Source of the DNA: an uncultured Eubacteriales bacterium
GTDB lineage: Bacteria; Bacillota; Clostridia; Oscillospirales; RGIG577
Reading direction: 5' to 3'
Assembly (NCBI GenBank): GCA_964564795.1
Contig: CAZMCJ010000002.1
Span: 1 to 38,592, forward strand
DNA length: 38,592 nt
The notes beneath the pieces were generated by a model. The model was not told the DNA's origin, ran no database searches, and was given only the letters and a program-made list of their open reading frames with translations. This document shows, one piece after another, positions 1 through 10,332 of the stretch; the stretch's first letter is position 1; each line of letters begins with the position of its first letter. The position numbers and the translations under genes were made by a program.

Positions 1-128
1 TTATTTTATATACATCTGAGTACCTGTATTACAGGTAATTTAATTATAACGTATAGCTTGCATATATTCAATACCCAGTGGCACAAAAATAAAGCAATTT
101 TTTTGTGAGTTTTTACTAACGCATGGGG

Positions 129-162
129 TAAAAAAGGAGAAAGGGAAGGCTTTCGCCCTCCC
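129..162 (-). terminator. Probable rho-independent terminator of the GNAT gene
   Basis: On the minus strand, GGGAGGGC-GAAA-GCCTTCCC (one mismatch) overlaps the TAG stop and is followed by TTTCTCCTTTTTT. Confidence 0.5.
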
Positions 163-587
163 TAAATTGCCATCTCCATCATAATATGCGGGCAATGCTC
201 GTCCATATATTCCTCGCCAAATGTTACGAACCCAATCTTTTCGTAAAATTCCCGCGCCCTTGTTTGTGCGCCCAAAATACACCTCTTGCCCCCTAGCTTA
301 GCTGCCTTTTTAACCATTTCCCGAACCAAAAAATCCCCCAAGTTCTGTCCACGGTATTCCTTTAAAATGCAAATACGCCCAAGGTGGTACGTTTCGCTTT
401 GCCCTTCTTTAAAAATACGCCCTGCGCCCACAGCCCTCTCCCCATCGTATAGGCAGATGTGGCTTGCCACCTTGTCAATATCGTCAAATTCGTCCTCAAA
501 CCCTTGCTCCATAATAAAAACCGTCTTGCGTATGCTAAACGGGTCTGATAGATTATCCACTCCCTCTATCCACTTTGCAACTACCAT
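162..587 (-). CDS. GNAT family N-acetyltransferase (141 aa)
   Basis: The translation shows a GNAT acetyl-CoA fold pattern (ICILKEYRGQNLGDFLVREMVKKA, AREFYEKIGF). It is the only long ORF in this stretch. Confidence 0.8.
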   Translation of the reverse strand: MVVAKWIEGVDNLSDPFSIRKTVFIMEQGFEDEFDDIDKVASHICLYDGERAVGAGRIFKEGQSETYHLGRICILKEYRGQNLGDFLVREMVKKAAKLGGKRCILGAQTRAREFYEKIGFVTFGEEYMDEHCPHIMMEMAI

Positions 588-630
588 AAAAAGCTCCCTC
601 CGAAAAATTTTTTATATAAAAAGTATAGCA

Positions 631-659
631 TAGATTTTAAAAAAATAATATGGTATAAT
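631..659 (+). promoter_or_regulatory. Candidate sigma70-type promoter of the wal operon
   Basis: TAGATT-N17-TATAAT with a TGn extended -10 (TGGTATAAT), about 30 nt upstream of walR. Confidence 0.35.
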
Positions 660-687
660 ATAAAGATAAATTTGCGAGGTGAAAATC

Positions 688-1371
688 ATGAAAAAGATTT
701 TAATTGTGGAAGATGAACAAGCGATTATTGATATAGTTGAATTTAACTTAATAAAAGAGGGATACACCGTTTTGTGCGCAATGGATGGAGAAGAGGGACT
801 GGAAATGGCGCTTAAAAATCAGCCTGACCTTATCCTTTTAGACGTGATGCTGCCAAAGATGGACGGTTTCCAAATTTGCAAAAAGGTGAGGGAAACAAAG
901 AGTGTGCCTATTATAATGCTAACCGCACGTGAGGAGGAGGCAGACAAGGTGCTGGGGCTTGAAATTGGAGCTGACGACTACATCACAAAGCCTTTTAGTA
1001 TGAAGGAATTGATGGCACGTGTTAAGGCGAATATCCGCCGCAGCATAATTGCGGATGGTGGGGCGGAAAATAAGGACATATTTACCGCTCGGAACCTTGT
1101 TTTTGATAACAAAAATATGATGATATTTAAAAATAATATTCCCCTTGATATAACAATAAGGGAGTTTGAGCTGTTGAGGTTTTTGGCAGGCAAGCCGGGG
1201 GTTGTATTCCCAAGGGAGGCACTTTTAAAGGACGTTTGGGGCTACGAATACTATGGAGATGTGCGTACGGTTGATGTTACGGTGCGCCGACTGCGTGAAA
1301 AGCTGGAGGATGACCCTGCAAACCCAACCTTTATTTTAACAAAGCGTGGCGTTGGTTATTATTTTGGATAG
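688..1371 (+). CDS. walR: OmpR-family response regulator, WalR/YycF-like
   Basis: Receiver domain (ILIVEDE, LDVMLPKMDG) plus a winged-helix Trans_reg_C domain (VDVTVRRLREKLE, TKRGVGY). The start was moved from GTG 679 to ATG 688, which lies 7 nt after GAGGTG. Synteny with walK-walH-walI supports the call. Confidence 0.9.
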   Translation: MKKILIVEDEQAIIDIVEFNLIKEGYTVLCAMDGEEGLEMALKNQPDLILLDVMLPKMDGFQICKKVRETKSVPIIMLTAREEEADKVLGLEIGADDYITKPFSMKELMARVKANIRRSIIADGGAENKDIFTARNLVFDNKNMMIFKNNIPLDITIREFELLRFLAGKPGVVFPREALLKDVWGYEYYGDVRTVDVTVRRLREKLEDDPANPTFILTKRGVGYYFG

Positions 1372-1383
1372 GAGAATTACTCT

Positions 1384-3162
1384 ATGCTAAACTCGCTAAG
1401 GGTTAGAATGGTACTTATTTTAACCATTTTAACAACATCGGTTATGCTGATTGTGGGAACCTTTTTCCTAAACAGCATTTCCGCTTTTTATCACGACGAT
1501 TTTAAAAAACAGATGTCTCAGGTTTTTTCAAACGCTGAGTTTTTAGCCTCTGCCCAAACGGCAATGGAGGGCGAAAACCAGGCGGTGGAAATCTACGAGC
1601 TTTTGCGCGCATATAGCGGGCAGCTTGGGGTGGATAGCTACCGAGATTTTTACATACTGGATGGGGATAGCGGTGCATACATTCTTGGCACAAATGCGGA
1701 CGAGGGAATGCTTTTGGAGCGCACCACAAACCTTATTGCCGCTGTTGCCGGCAAGGCAGGGGATAAAATCAGCAGAACTGCGGGGTATCTGGACTATGCA
1801 ATTAATATAGAGGGTGGGGAATCCTCCTTTGTTATATATATTAAAGACACAAAAAATGAGCTTAAAGAGATGATTTGGATGCTCTTTGCCATAATTGTGC
1901 AGGCACTTTTCGTGGGGCTAATCATTGCAATATCAATGAGCTTTTTCCTTTCAAAGGCGATAACCAACCCTATTGAGAACATAACAAAGGGTGCAAAATT
2001 GCTTGCTTCGGGGGAGTTTTCCTATAAGCTTCCTGTTGTTTCAAAGGACGAGATAGGAACGCTAACACAAACCTTTAACCAAATGGCGGACGTTATTAAA
2101 AACACAATGGCGCAGATTGAGGGGGAGCGTGGCAAGCTGGAAACCATCTTCCTTTACCTGACAGACGGTGTTGTTGCCTTTTCCAAGAATGGGGACTTAA
2201 TTCACAAAAATAAAAGCGGCATTGAAATGCTTGGCATTGACGAAGGGCACCAAACCTTTGATGATATTTTTGCACACTGCAAAATTGATGTTAAGATTGA
2301 GGACATACTATCCCTTGCACGTGGGGAAAACCTAATAAAGCAAAACGAGATTAACGGGCAGGTTATAAGGATTTGCTTTGCCCATTTTGATGTGGAGAAC
2401 GAGGACCACGAGATTGGCGGCGGAGTGATTGGCGTATTGCAAGACATAACGGAGCAGCAGGAGTTTGAAAACTCCCGCCGTGAGTTTGTGGCAAACGTTT
2501 CCCACGAGCTTAGAACGCCCCTAACCAGTGTAAAGAGCTACACCGAAACGGTGCTTAGCACCCCAGACTTAGACAAGCAAACTACGTCCAAATTCCTAAA
2601 CGTTGTGCTTTACGAAACGGATAGAATGACCCGCCTTGTAAAGGATTTGCTTGTGCTTTCCCGCCTTGACAGCAAGAAGATGGACTGGGTTTTCACAACA
2701 TTCTCCCTAAATAATTTGCTGTCCAACATCTATGATTCCACCCTGATGGACGCACGCAACCACAGTCATATACTTATGCTTTCCGTCCCCACCGACGTCG
2801 TTTTGATGTATGGTGATAAGGATAGGATTGAGCAAGTTATTATAAACGTTGTAACCAACGCAATAAAATACACCCCTGATGGCGGCAAGATAAACATAAC
2901 AGTTGGGCAAGAGGGGGATTTTGCAACAGTTACCGTTAGCGACAACGGAGTTGGAATACCAAAGGAGGATATCCCACGGTTGTTTGAGCGGTTTTATAGG
3001 GTTGATAAGGCAAGATCCCGCCAAAAGGGTGGCACAGGGCTTGGGCTTGCAATTGCAAAGGAAATTATTTACGCACACAATGGCAAAATCATTGTGGATA
3101 GTGTAGTGGAAAAAGGCACAAGCATTAAAATCCTGTTGCCAATTAAAATGGAGGAAAGATGA
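1384..3162 (+). CDS. walK: Sensor histidine kinase, WalK/YycG-like (592 aa)
   Basis: Two TM segments flank an extracytoplasmic loop. These are followed by HAMP, PAS, an H-box (SHELRTPL) and HATPase N/G boxes (NAIKYTP, DNGVGI, GGTGLGLAI). An AGGAG RBS is present. Confidence 0.9.
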   Translation: MLNSLRVRMVLILTILTTSVMLIVGTFFLNSISAFYHDDFKKQMSQVFSNAEFLASAQTAMEGENQAVEIYELLRAYSGQLGVDSYRDFYILDGDSGAYILGTNADEGMLLERTTNLIAAVAGKAGDKISRTAGYLDYAINIEGGESSFVIYIKDTKNELKEMIWMLFAIIVQALFVGLIIAISMSFFLSKAITNPIENITKGAKLLASGEFSYKLPVVSKDEIGTLTQTFNQMADVIKNTMAQIEGERGKLETIFLYLTDGVVAFSKNGDLIHKNKSGIEMLGIDEGHQTFDDIFAHCKIDVKIEDILSLARGENLIKQNEINGQVIRICFAHFDVENEDHEIGGGVIGVLQDITEQQEFENSRREFVANVSHELRTPLTSVKSYTETVLSTPDLDKQTTSKFLNVVLYETDRMTRLVKDLLVLSRLDSKKMDWVFTTFSLNNLLSNIYDSTLMDARNHSHILMLSVPTDVVLMYGDKDRIEQVIINVVTNAIKYTPDGGKINITVGQEGDFATVTVSDNGVGIPKEDIPRLFERFYRVDKARSRQKGGTGLGLAIAKEIIYAHNGKIIVDSVVEKGTSIKILLPIKMEER

Positions 3163-4562
3163 AAATAAAACAAGGCTTAAAAAGTTTAATTCTTTTATTA
3201 TTAATACTTTCAAGCGTATATCTTTCGTGCGTTTTGTGGATTTACGGACAGCTTTTGCCCACCCAGCGCTACTCGGTTGGGGGTATGTTTAGCATACTGA
3301 AAAATGGTGTTACCACCGGCTATGTTTCCATTGATAACCTTGACAAAACCACAAAAACCACCAACTATTTATTTTTACCACGTGAAATTGCAATAAAAAA
3401 AGGGGAAGAAACAAGGGTTGTAAAGGGAAACCTAAAGCAGATTTATGCTGCCTTTGGCCTAGTTAAAAAGGTACTTCAAGAGGCGGAGTATAAGGACTAT
3501 ACGGGGTCAAACCAAAGCGAGTGGGGCGAAGTGCTAAAGGGTGATGGGATACTTCTGGACTATTCCTTTAACATTGGTGCGGATATTTTTTGCGATTTTT
3601 TGGAGCTGGAAAGCGGGGAAAAAAGAGCAATTGGAAATTTTACCTTCAGCTATGCTTTTTTAACACAGGAGCAAAAGGAGGGTGTTATCTATTTTAAAAA
3701 TGATAAAGGCGAGTACCATAAAATCCGCATTATCCACCCCCAAACGTTTGAGGATATCCAAAACAACATAATTGCGGCGGTGCAAGGAAAGAGTGAATAT
3801 TCTCTGCTTGCAAATAATAAGGACGAGGATATGGCGAAATTGTGTGAGGAGCTTATGCTGCCCCTCGAGCAATTAATCCCAACAGAGGGGGTATACACCA
3901 CCCTCTTAAAAAGCACGCCTATTGAAATTGCCAAAGAAGACAGCGACTATGAGAGGGATATTAAGGATATTTTAAGTGCGTTTTATTATAATCCCGCAAC
4001 GGTTAGCCGATACGAAAACAACGATGGCTCAATACTCTTTGCGGAAAACTTCTCCACCCTAAAGATTACAAAAAATGGGGAGATTGAGTATAAAAGCAAC
4101 GAAAAAACAAAAGGGATAAGTTTGATTAACGAAAAAAACAGCAGTGACGGAGTGTTTTCTAACTATGACCAAATTTATGGGGTATATACCTTTGCAAACC
4201 GCTTAAGCAAACGCTTTTTGGGGGGAGAGAACACAACAACCGACTTATTTTCCTATACCTACGAGGAGGGCGTGTTCAATGTGGGATTTTCCTACAAGTA
4301 TGATGGAATTGAAATTGTAAACTACCAGTCGGGGGATATAACTCCGCAACTATCATTCTACGTTAAGGACGGATACATAACACAGGCAAAAATAATTTGC
4401 AAAAACTACCAAAGTGGGCAAATATCTATGCCAAATCTGCCCTTTAGAGCGGTTGCAACCTCCTTTTTAAAGGGGAACGGGGTCAAATCAATTGATTTGG
4501 TTTATGTGGACGACGGCCAAAGCAGTCTTGTAACAACAAGCTATTTAGCCACAAAAAATTAA
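3159..4562 (+). CDS. walH: YycH/WalH-like regulator of WalK (467 aa, single N-terminal TM)
   Basis: The ATGA overlap with the walK stop indicates translational coupling. The N-terminal TM (LILLLLILSSVYLSCVLWIY), size and position match Bacillus YycH. No catalytic motif was seen. Confidence 0.7.
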   Translation: MKIKQGLKSLILLLLILSSVYLSCVLWIYGQLLPTQRYSVGGMFSILKNGVTTGYVSIDNLDKTTKTTNYLFLPREIAIKKGEETRVVKGNLKQIYAAFGLVKKVLQEAEYKDYTGSNQSEWGEVLKGDGILLDYSFNIGADIFCDFLELESGEKRAIGNFTFSYAFLTQEQKEGVIYFKNDKGEYHKIRIIHPQTFEDIQNNIIAAVQGKSEYSLLANNKDEDMAKLCEELMLPLEQLIPTEGVYTTLLKSTPIEIAKEDSDYERDIKDILSAFYYNPATVSRYENNDGSILFAENFSTLKITKNGEIEYKSNEKTKGISLINEKNSSDGVFSNYDQIYGVYTFANRLSKRFLGGENTTTDLFSYTYEEGVFNVGFSYKYDGIEIVNYQSGDITPQLSFYVKDGYITQAKIICKNYQSGQISMPNLPFRAVATSFLKGNGVKSIDLVYVDDGQSSLVTTSYLATKN

Positions 4563-4580
4563 AAAAAGGGGGAGAGCAAG

Positions 4581-5420
4581 GTGGATTGGGAAAAAATTAA
4601 AACAATACTTATTATATTGTTTTTGGCAATAAATATTTCGCTGGTGGGCAGGATATTCCACACCAATTACATTAAGACGCAAATTTCCCCACAAGTTGTG
4701 GAGGACGCAGTTCAAATCCTTAAAAAAAATAATGTGGAAATTGATAAAAACATTATAAACACAAAAATGGAATATTTTAACGCTTTTCAAATTAAAGCTT
4801 TTGAGCACACTAATAGTGAAAACTTAAAAAAATTAGTTGGAGAAGACGTTAAAGTTGTGCAGAATAAGGATAAAAGAAGCACATCCTTTGAGGGAGCGGA
4901 GGGAGTGCTTACCCTGACAGATGTTTTAAGTCTATCATTTGAGAAAACGGTTAAGGATAAAAAGGTTGATATAACTGATAAGCAAAAGATAAAAAAAATT
5001 GCAACAGATTTGGTAACCTTGATTGCGCAAAACGAGTGCGATATTATGCTAAGCGACCAAATTTATGATGGTGGCGTATCCCGCCTTATCTTCAAGCAAG
5101 TGATTGAGGGTGTGACAATTGAAAACACCCAGCTTGCCATAACCTTTTGGGAAAACGGCACCATAAAGGGGGAGGGCAAATGGGTGGTGGGCGAGGTTGA
5201 GGCGCAGGGAATGGAACAGCTAATTTCACCCCTCAATGCACTTTTGATGTTCACAATGCTAGAAGAACAAAAGGAAAAAAAAACAATTTTAAGTATTGAG
5301 CCTCTCTATATTATCTCCTCCGACACAATGGACAATACTATCATACCTGTTTATAAAATTCAGGATAGTTTGTCAAAATCTACCTATATAAATGCATTCA
5401 CAGGGACGGAAGTTAACTAA
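4581..5420 (+). CDS. walI: YycI/WalI-like regulator of WalK (279 aa)
   Basis: GTG start after a GGGGGAG RBS. The N-terminus MDWEKIKTILIILFLAINISL closely resembles the characteristic YycI N-terminus. Size and gene order fit. Confidence 0.75.
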   Translation: MDWEKIKTILIILFLAINISLVGRIFHTNYIKTQISPQVVEDAVQILKKNNVEIDKNIINTKMEYFNAFQIKAFEHTNSENLKKLVGEDVKVVQNKDKRSTSFEGAEGVLTLTDVLSLSFEKTVKDKKVDITDKQKIKKIATDLVTLIAQNECDIMLSDQIYDGGVSRLIFKQVIEGVTIENTQLAITFWENGTIKGEGKWVVGEVEAQGMEQLISPLNALLMFTMLEEQKEKKTILSIEPLYIISSDTMDNTIIPVYKIQDSLSKSTYINAFTGTEVN

Positions 5421-5435
5421 ATAGCAACAATGTGC

Positions 5436-5463
5436 TTGATTTCTAAAATTTTTATGGTATATT
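5436..5463 (+). promoter_or_regulatory. Candidate sigma70 promoter for murA
   Basis: TTGATT-N16-TATATT with a TGn extended -10 (TGGTATATT). A second TGTTATACT lies 20 nt downstream. Confidence 0.45.
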
Positions 5464-5519
5464 ATCATAGTATGTGTTATACTAATCAGTAGTTTAAAAA
5501 TATTAAAGGCGGTGCGGCA

Positions 5520-6812
5520 TTGGAAAAATATATAATTAATGGTGGGAACCCACTAAGGGGCGAAGTTACCGTCAGCGGTGCTAAAAATGCGGCGGTTGCA
5601 ATTTTGCCAGCGGCACTTTTGGTTGATGGTATTTGCCGTATAGAAAATGTTCCACACATTAGCGATGTTGAAAAAATTTTGAATATTATGTCCGTTATGG
5701 GCGCAAAAATTAAATATATTAACAAAAACACGTTGGAGATTGATTCAAGGCACATTAAATCCGCAAACACTCCCAACGATTTAGCACGTAAAATGCGTGC
5801 ATCTTATTATCTTATCGGGGCGCTTCTTGGAAGGTTTAAAACTGCAAATGTTGCAATGCCCGGCGGCTGCTTCTTTGGCGTCAGGCCGATTGACCAACAC
5901 GAAAAAGGCTTTAAGGCACTGGGTGCAAAGGTTTCCATAAATTATGGTATGATTGAGGTTTCGGCACAAAAGCTTATCGGAACATCAATCTATTTGGACG
6001 TTGTGTCGGTTGGCGCAACCATTAACATTATGCTTGCGGCAGTCCTTGCCGAGGGGGTAACATACATCGAAAACTCTGCAAAAGAGCCACACATTGTGGA
6101 CGTTGCCAACTTTCTAAATGCGATGGGGGCAAATGTTAAAGGTGCAGGAACAGATACTATAAAGGTAACAGGGGTAGAGCGTCTAAAGGGGGGGCAATAC
6201 GCCGTCATTCCCGACCAAATCGAGGCGGGGACCTATATGGTTGCCGCTGCTGCAACAGGGGGCGAGGTTCTTGTTAAGAACGTTATTCCAAAGCATATGG
6301 AATCCGTCAGCGCAAAGCTAACCGAGATGGGTGTAGATATTTTGGAATTTGACGATAGCATTTTGGTTAAACGCACAGGAGATATGACACGTGTTAACGT
6401 GAAAACCCTGCCATACCCCGGATTCCCAACCGATATGCAACCCCAAATGGCAATACTACTTGCACTGGCAAAGGGTACAAGTATAATAACCGAAAGTGTG
6501 TGGGACAATCGCTTTAGATACGTGGACGAGCTTAAAAAGATGGGGGCAAACATTCAGGTAGACGGCAAGGTTGCGGTGTTTGAAGGGGTGGAGAAACTTA
6601 ATCCGGCACCAATTCGTGCGTGTGATTTGCGCGCAGGGGCGGCACTTGTTATCGCTGGGCTTAGTGCAAAAGGCACAACAGAGATAGAGGAGATTTACCA
6701 CATTGAGCGTGGATATGAGGATATAGTGGAAAAGTTAAGGGCGCTTGGCGGGGATATCACCTTGGTGGACGTTAAAGAGGACGAAACCTTGGAAATTTCA
6801 CACGCAAATTAA
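5520..6812 (+). CDS. murA: UDP-N-acetylglucosamine 1-carboxyvinyltransferase
   Basis: TTG start. The N-terminus ([20 protein letters not shown]) is MurA-typical. The active-site Cys context is [14 protein letters not shown]. Length is 430 aa. Confidence 0.92.
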   Translation: MEKYIINGGNPLRGEVTVSGAKNAAVAILPAALLVDGICRIENVPHISDVEKILNIMSVMGAKIKYINKNTLEIDSRHIKSANTPNDLARKMRASYYLIGALLGRFKTANVAMPGGCFFGVRPIDQHEKGFKALGAKVSINYGMIEVSAQKLIGTSIYLDVVSVGATINIMLAAVLAEGVTYIENSAKEPHIVDVANFLNAMGANVKGAGTDTIKVTGVERLKGGQYAVIPDQIEAGTYMVAAAATGGEVLVKNVIPKHMESVSAKLTEMGVDILEFDDSILVKRTGDMTRVNVKTLPYPGFPTDMQPQMAILLALAKGTSIITESVWDNRFRYVDELKKMGANIQVDGKVAVFEGVEKLNPAPIRACDLRAGAALVIAGLSAKGTTEIEEIYHIERGYEDIVEKLRALGGDITLVDVKEDETLEISHAN

Positions 6813-6991
6813 GCAAGGTTATGAGGTTAGGGCGTGCTTTTGGCACGTCCAATTTTATTTAGTGATGAGAAGCCTTGCTTATGGTGGGTCTTGCTTATGT
6901 TATGCTTGCTTGCGGCAAGCTTGCCTATAGGGGGATATTTCAATAATTTCCCCCACCACGCAACCGTAAAATTAAAAAAGGAGGTGGCAAT

Positions 6992-7774
6992 ATGTTCACC
7001 CTTCGCACTCTCTTTTCCTCCAGTAGTGGCAACAGTGTATTGATAAAAAGCAAGGAAACCAGCCTTTTGGTGGATTGTGGCGTAAGTGCTAAGCGCATTG
7101 CCGATACTCTTTTGAACATAGGGGATGACGCTAACAAAATCAGCGGTATAGTAATCACCCACGAGCATAGCGACCACGTCAAGGGGGCGAGCGTGCTGTG
7201 CAAAAAGTTTGGAATTCCCCTTTATGTAAATGAAAAAACATACGAAAACATGACCCTGCCAAATAAAGAATATATTACGGTTAACTTTTTTGATGATGCT
7301 GAGTTTTGGGTGGGGGATATTTCGGTCACCCCATTTGAAATTCCCCACGATGGCGCAAGCCCTGTTGGCTTTTGCTTTAGAGAGGGCGGGGGATGCATTG
7401 GCTTTGCAACAGATATTGGACACATAAACGATAAAATTTTAGACAGCCTTAAAGGTTGTGATATTGCATACATAGAATCAAACCACGATGTTAATATGCT
7501 TAAAATGGGGAGTTATCCTTATTTTTTGAAGCAACGTATTCTTTCAGATGTGGGGCATTTATCCAACGAAAACTGCGGAAAACTCTCTCAATTTTTGGTG
7601 GAAAATGGCACAAAAGATATTATTTTGGGGCATTTATCCAAGCAGAATAATATGCCAAACTTAGCCTATTTAACAAATAAAATCCATATGGAGAGGGCAG
7701 GCATATTGGAGGGCGACCACTATTCTATGCAGGTGGCGCCAAGTGACTGGCCGGGCGAAATGGTCAGAGTGTAA
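6992..7774 (+). CDS. walJ: MBL-fold metallo-hydrolase, YycJ/WalJ-like
   Basis: HxHxDH motif (THEHSDH), a strong AAGGAGG RBS, and the gene follows the wal genes as in Bacillus. Confidence 0.85.
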   Translation: MFTLRTLFSSSSGNSVLIKSKETSLLVDCGVSAKRIADTLLNIGDDANKISGIVITHEHSDHVKGASVLCKKFGIPLYVNEKTYENMTLPNKEYITVNFFDDAEFWVGDISVTPFEIPHDGASPVGFCFREGGGCIGFATDIGHINDKILDSLKGCDIAYIESNHDVNMLKMGSYPYFLKQRILSDVGHLSNENCGKLSQFLVENGTKDIILGHLSKQNNMPNLAYLTNKIHMERAGILEGDHYSMQVAPSDWPGEMVRV

Positions 7775-7819
7775 AAGGGGTGGACCAGGGTTGCACCACC
7801 AAAAAAAGGAGAAAACCGG

Positions 7820-8296
7820 ATGCTAACCGTTAAAATAGTGTGCATAGGCACAATCAAAGAAAAATTTATAACGGACGGGTGCGACGAATTCCTAAAGCGC
7901 CTTAGTGCATTTTGCAAGGTGCAAATTGTGCAAATTAAGGAGGAGCGGCTCCAAAAGGAAAATGATGCGGATATTGCCCGTGTTATCCAAAAGGAGGGGG
8001 AAATGATAGTGCGCGAAATACAAAGCGGACACACCATTGCTCTTTGCATTGAGGGAAAATCCCTATCGTCGGAAGAATTGGCGGTAAACCTCCAAACCCT
8101 TATGACAAGCGGTGTAAGCACTGTTAACTTTGTAATTGGCGGAAGCTATGGATTGAGCGACAGCGTTAAACAAAAGGCTGATTTTAAGCTCTCCTTTTCT
8201 AAAATGACCTTCACCCACCAGATGGCACGAATGATTTTGCTGGAGCAAATTTACAGAGCATTTGCTATAAACAGTAACATAAAATACCATAAATGA
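7820..8296 (+). CDS. rlmH: 23S rRNA (pseudouridine1915-N3)-methyltransferase RlmH (SPOUT)
   Basis: 158 aa, with a C-terminal FVIGGSYGL...SFSKMTFTHQMARMILLEQIYRA that is typical of RlmH. Confidence 0.88.
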   Translation: MLTVKIVCIGTIKEKFITDGCDEFLKRLSAFCKVQIVQIKEERLQKENDADIARVIQKEGEMIVREIQSGHTIALCIEGKSLSSEELAVNLQTLMTSGVSTVNFVIGGSYGLSDSVKQKADFKLSFSKMTFTHQMARMILLEQIYRAFAINSNIKYHK

Positions 8297-8305
8297 GGTG
8301 AATTT

Positions 8306-8791
8306 ATGCTAAAATATTTAAGACTGCAAGAGGAAGATTTTGAGGAAGTTGCAAACATTTACAACTACTATGTGGAAAATTCGGTTGCAACATACGATAC
8401 CGTTTGCAAAACGGGGGAGCAAATGCGGGAGCGCATTTTAAAGGGGGACCCCTTCTTTTCCTATGGAATATGGAAAGAGGACGAGCTTGTTGGCTATGTT
8501 TACATATCACCATACAGCGACCGTTTGGCTTATGCACGCACTGTAACCATCTCCATATATCTAAAAAACGGATTTTTGGGGAAAGGTATTGGAAGCAGAG
8601 CTATTGAAATGTGCATTTCCTTAGCACGAGAGCGGGGTTTTAAGTGTATAATTTCCACCATAAACTCCCAAAATCTTAAAAGTAAGGGTGTATTCCTCAA
8701 GGCGGGGTTTGTCCAGGTGGGTCAGATAGAGGATATTGGGGAGAAATTTGGGCTTCCTCAAGGAATTACCATTTTGCAGCTAAAATTATAA
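8306..8791 (+). CDS. GNAT family N-acetyltransferase (phosphinothricin-acetyltransferase-like)
   Basis: 161 aa. GNAT motif A region (LKNGFLGKGIGSRAIEMCISLARERGF). GAGGTG RBS. Confidence 0.75.
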   Translation: MLKYLRLQEEDFEEVANIYNYYVENSVATYDTVCKTGEQMRERILKGDPFFSYGIWKEDELVGYVYISPYSDRLAYARTVTISIYLKNGFLGKGIGSRAIEMCISLARERGFKCIISTINSQNLKSKGVFLKAGFVQVGQIEDIGEKFGLPQGITILQLKL

Positions 8792-8807
8792 AGAAACTGA
8801 GGAATTT

Positions 8808-10229
8808 ATGAGTAAAAAAGAATTATCATCACAAAAAATGGGGGAAATGCCAATAGGCAAGCTGCTTTTCACAATGTCAGCCCCTGCAATGCTTTCAATG
8901 ATGGTGCAGGCACTGTATAATATAGTGGACAGCTTGTTCGTGGCGCAAATCAGTGAAAACGCACTAACCGCAATATCCCTTGCCTTTCCAATGCAAGCTT
9001 TTGTATTATCCCTTGCGCTAGGGGTGGGGATTGGAGCAAACTCCCTAATTGCGCGGGCTTTGGGTCAGGGTGATAGGCAAAAGGCAGACCTTGTGGCAAA
9101 AAACGGGCTGTTTTTGGTGGCGGTTGTGTGGGTTATCATCGCCGTCTTTTCTTTGTTTGCAACCGAAGGATACCTTGCACTTTTTTCAACCGAGTCGGCG
9201 GAAATTGGTGTGATGGCAAAAGAATATTTACAAATTGTTATGGTATGCTCTGCATTTATGTTAGTTGAGATTTATTGCAACAAAATTTTGCAATCAACGG
9301 GTAATATGATTGTGCCAATGTTTTCCATGCTAATTGGCGCAATAACAAACATAATCCTTGACCCAATCTTTATTTTTGGTCTGTTCGGTGTGCCTGCAAT
9401 GGGCGTTGCGGGTGCGGCAATAGCAACCATAATCGGGCAAGGTGCGGCAATGGCATACTGCCTAACAATGTTTTTAACCAGAAGCCACGATATTCACATT
9501 GGGCTTAAGGGCTTTAAGCCAAATGGGGTTATTATTAAGGAAATTATCAAGGTGGGCACACCTGTTTTTATAATGAACTCCATCGTTTCCATAACAGTTT
9601 CGGTGCTAAACGGGGTGCTTATTTTGTTCAGCGAAACTGCGGTTGCGGTTTTGGGAATTTACTTTAAGGTGCAAACCTTTGTGTTTATGCCTGTTTTTGG
9701 GTTGCAACAGGGCGTTATGCCAATTTTGGGCTACAACTTTGGTGCAAATAACAAAAAACGCTTTTATAGAACCTTCCGCCTTGCAATTACAGTTGCGTGC
9801 ATAATAATGGTAGCGGGGGTTATATTGTTCAACCTTTTCCCGGTGCAGATTTTCACCATGTTCAAAGGGGACGAAAATATGATTTCGATAGGTGTTCCGG
9901 CATTTAGGATATTAAGTTTATGCTTTATTCCGGCGGCGTTTGGTATTATGATGTCATCCACCTTTTTGTCCATTGGGTATAGCATTTATTCTATGATTAT
10001 GTCCATCACCCGTCAGCTGGTTTTTATTTTACCACTTTCAATCCTGTTTGCAAAAATGGTGGGAATAAACGGAATTTGGTTTTCCTATTTCGTGGCGGAG
10101 ATGCTCTCCCTTGTGATATTCTTCCCAATTGGGATTGCAACCATTAAAAAAGAGTTTGCAAAAAAAGAGACCGCAGCAGAGGAATTTACAAAAAAAGAAA
10201 TTGAAGGTAAAAAAGTGTTGGAGAATTAA
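8808..10229 (+). CDS. MATE family efflux transporter
   Basis: 473 aa, about 12 predicted TM helices. The N-terminal pattern (MSAPAMLSMMVQALYNIVDSLFVAQ) is typical of MATE/NorM proteins. Confidence 0.85.
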   Translation: MSKKELSSQKMGEMPIGKLLFTMSAPAMLSMMVQALYNIVDSLFVAQISENALTAISLAFPMQAFVLSLALGVGIGANSLIARALGQGDRQKADLVAKNGLFLVAVVWVIIAVFSLFATEGYLALFSTESAEIGVMAKEYLQIVMVCSAFMLVEIYCNKILQSTGNMIVPMFSMLIGAITNIILDPIFIFGLFGVPAMGVAGAAIATIIGQGAAMAYCLTMFLTRSHDIHIGLKGFKPNGVIIKEIIKVGTPVFIMNSIVSITVSVLNGVLILFSETAVAVLGIYFKVQTFVFMPVFGLQQGVMPILGYNFGANNKKRFYRTFRLAITVACIIMVAGVILFNLFPVQIFTMFKGDENMISIGVPAFRILSLCFIPAAFGIMMSSTFLSIGYSIYSMIMSITRQLVFILPLSILFAKMVGINGIWFSYFVAEMLSLVIFFPIGIATIKKEFAKKETAAEEFTKKEIEGKKVLEN

Positions 10230-10236
10230 ATATTTT

Positions 10237-10263
10237 AAGGTGGGGTTTTGCCCCACCTTTTTT
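10237..10263 (+). terminator. Rho-independent terminator after the MATE gene
   Basis: AAGGTGGGG-TTTTG-CCCCACCTT followed by TTTT. Confidence 0.8.
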
Positions 10264-10332
10264 GATGTATTGTAGTGTTATCAGAGGGAGGCGTAAGGAT
10301 TTAAGTACCCAATAATTACAACGGAAAAGTAG

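Noticed and set aside
40-282. 80-aa minus-strand ORF at the window start, and the 115-aa plus-strand ORF at 286-633
   Set aside because: Both overlap the well-supported GNAT gene or its terminator in other frames, and both have biased, non-protein-like composition.
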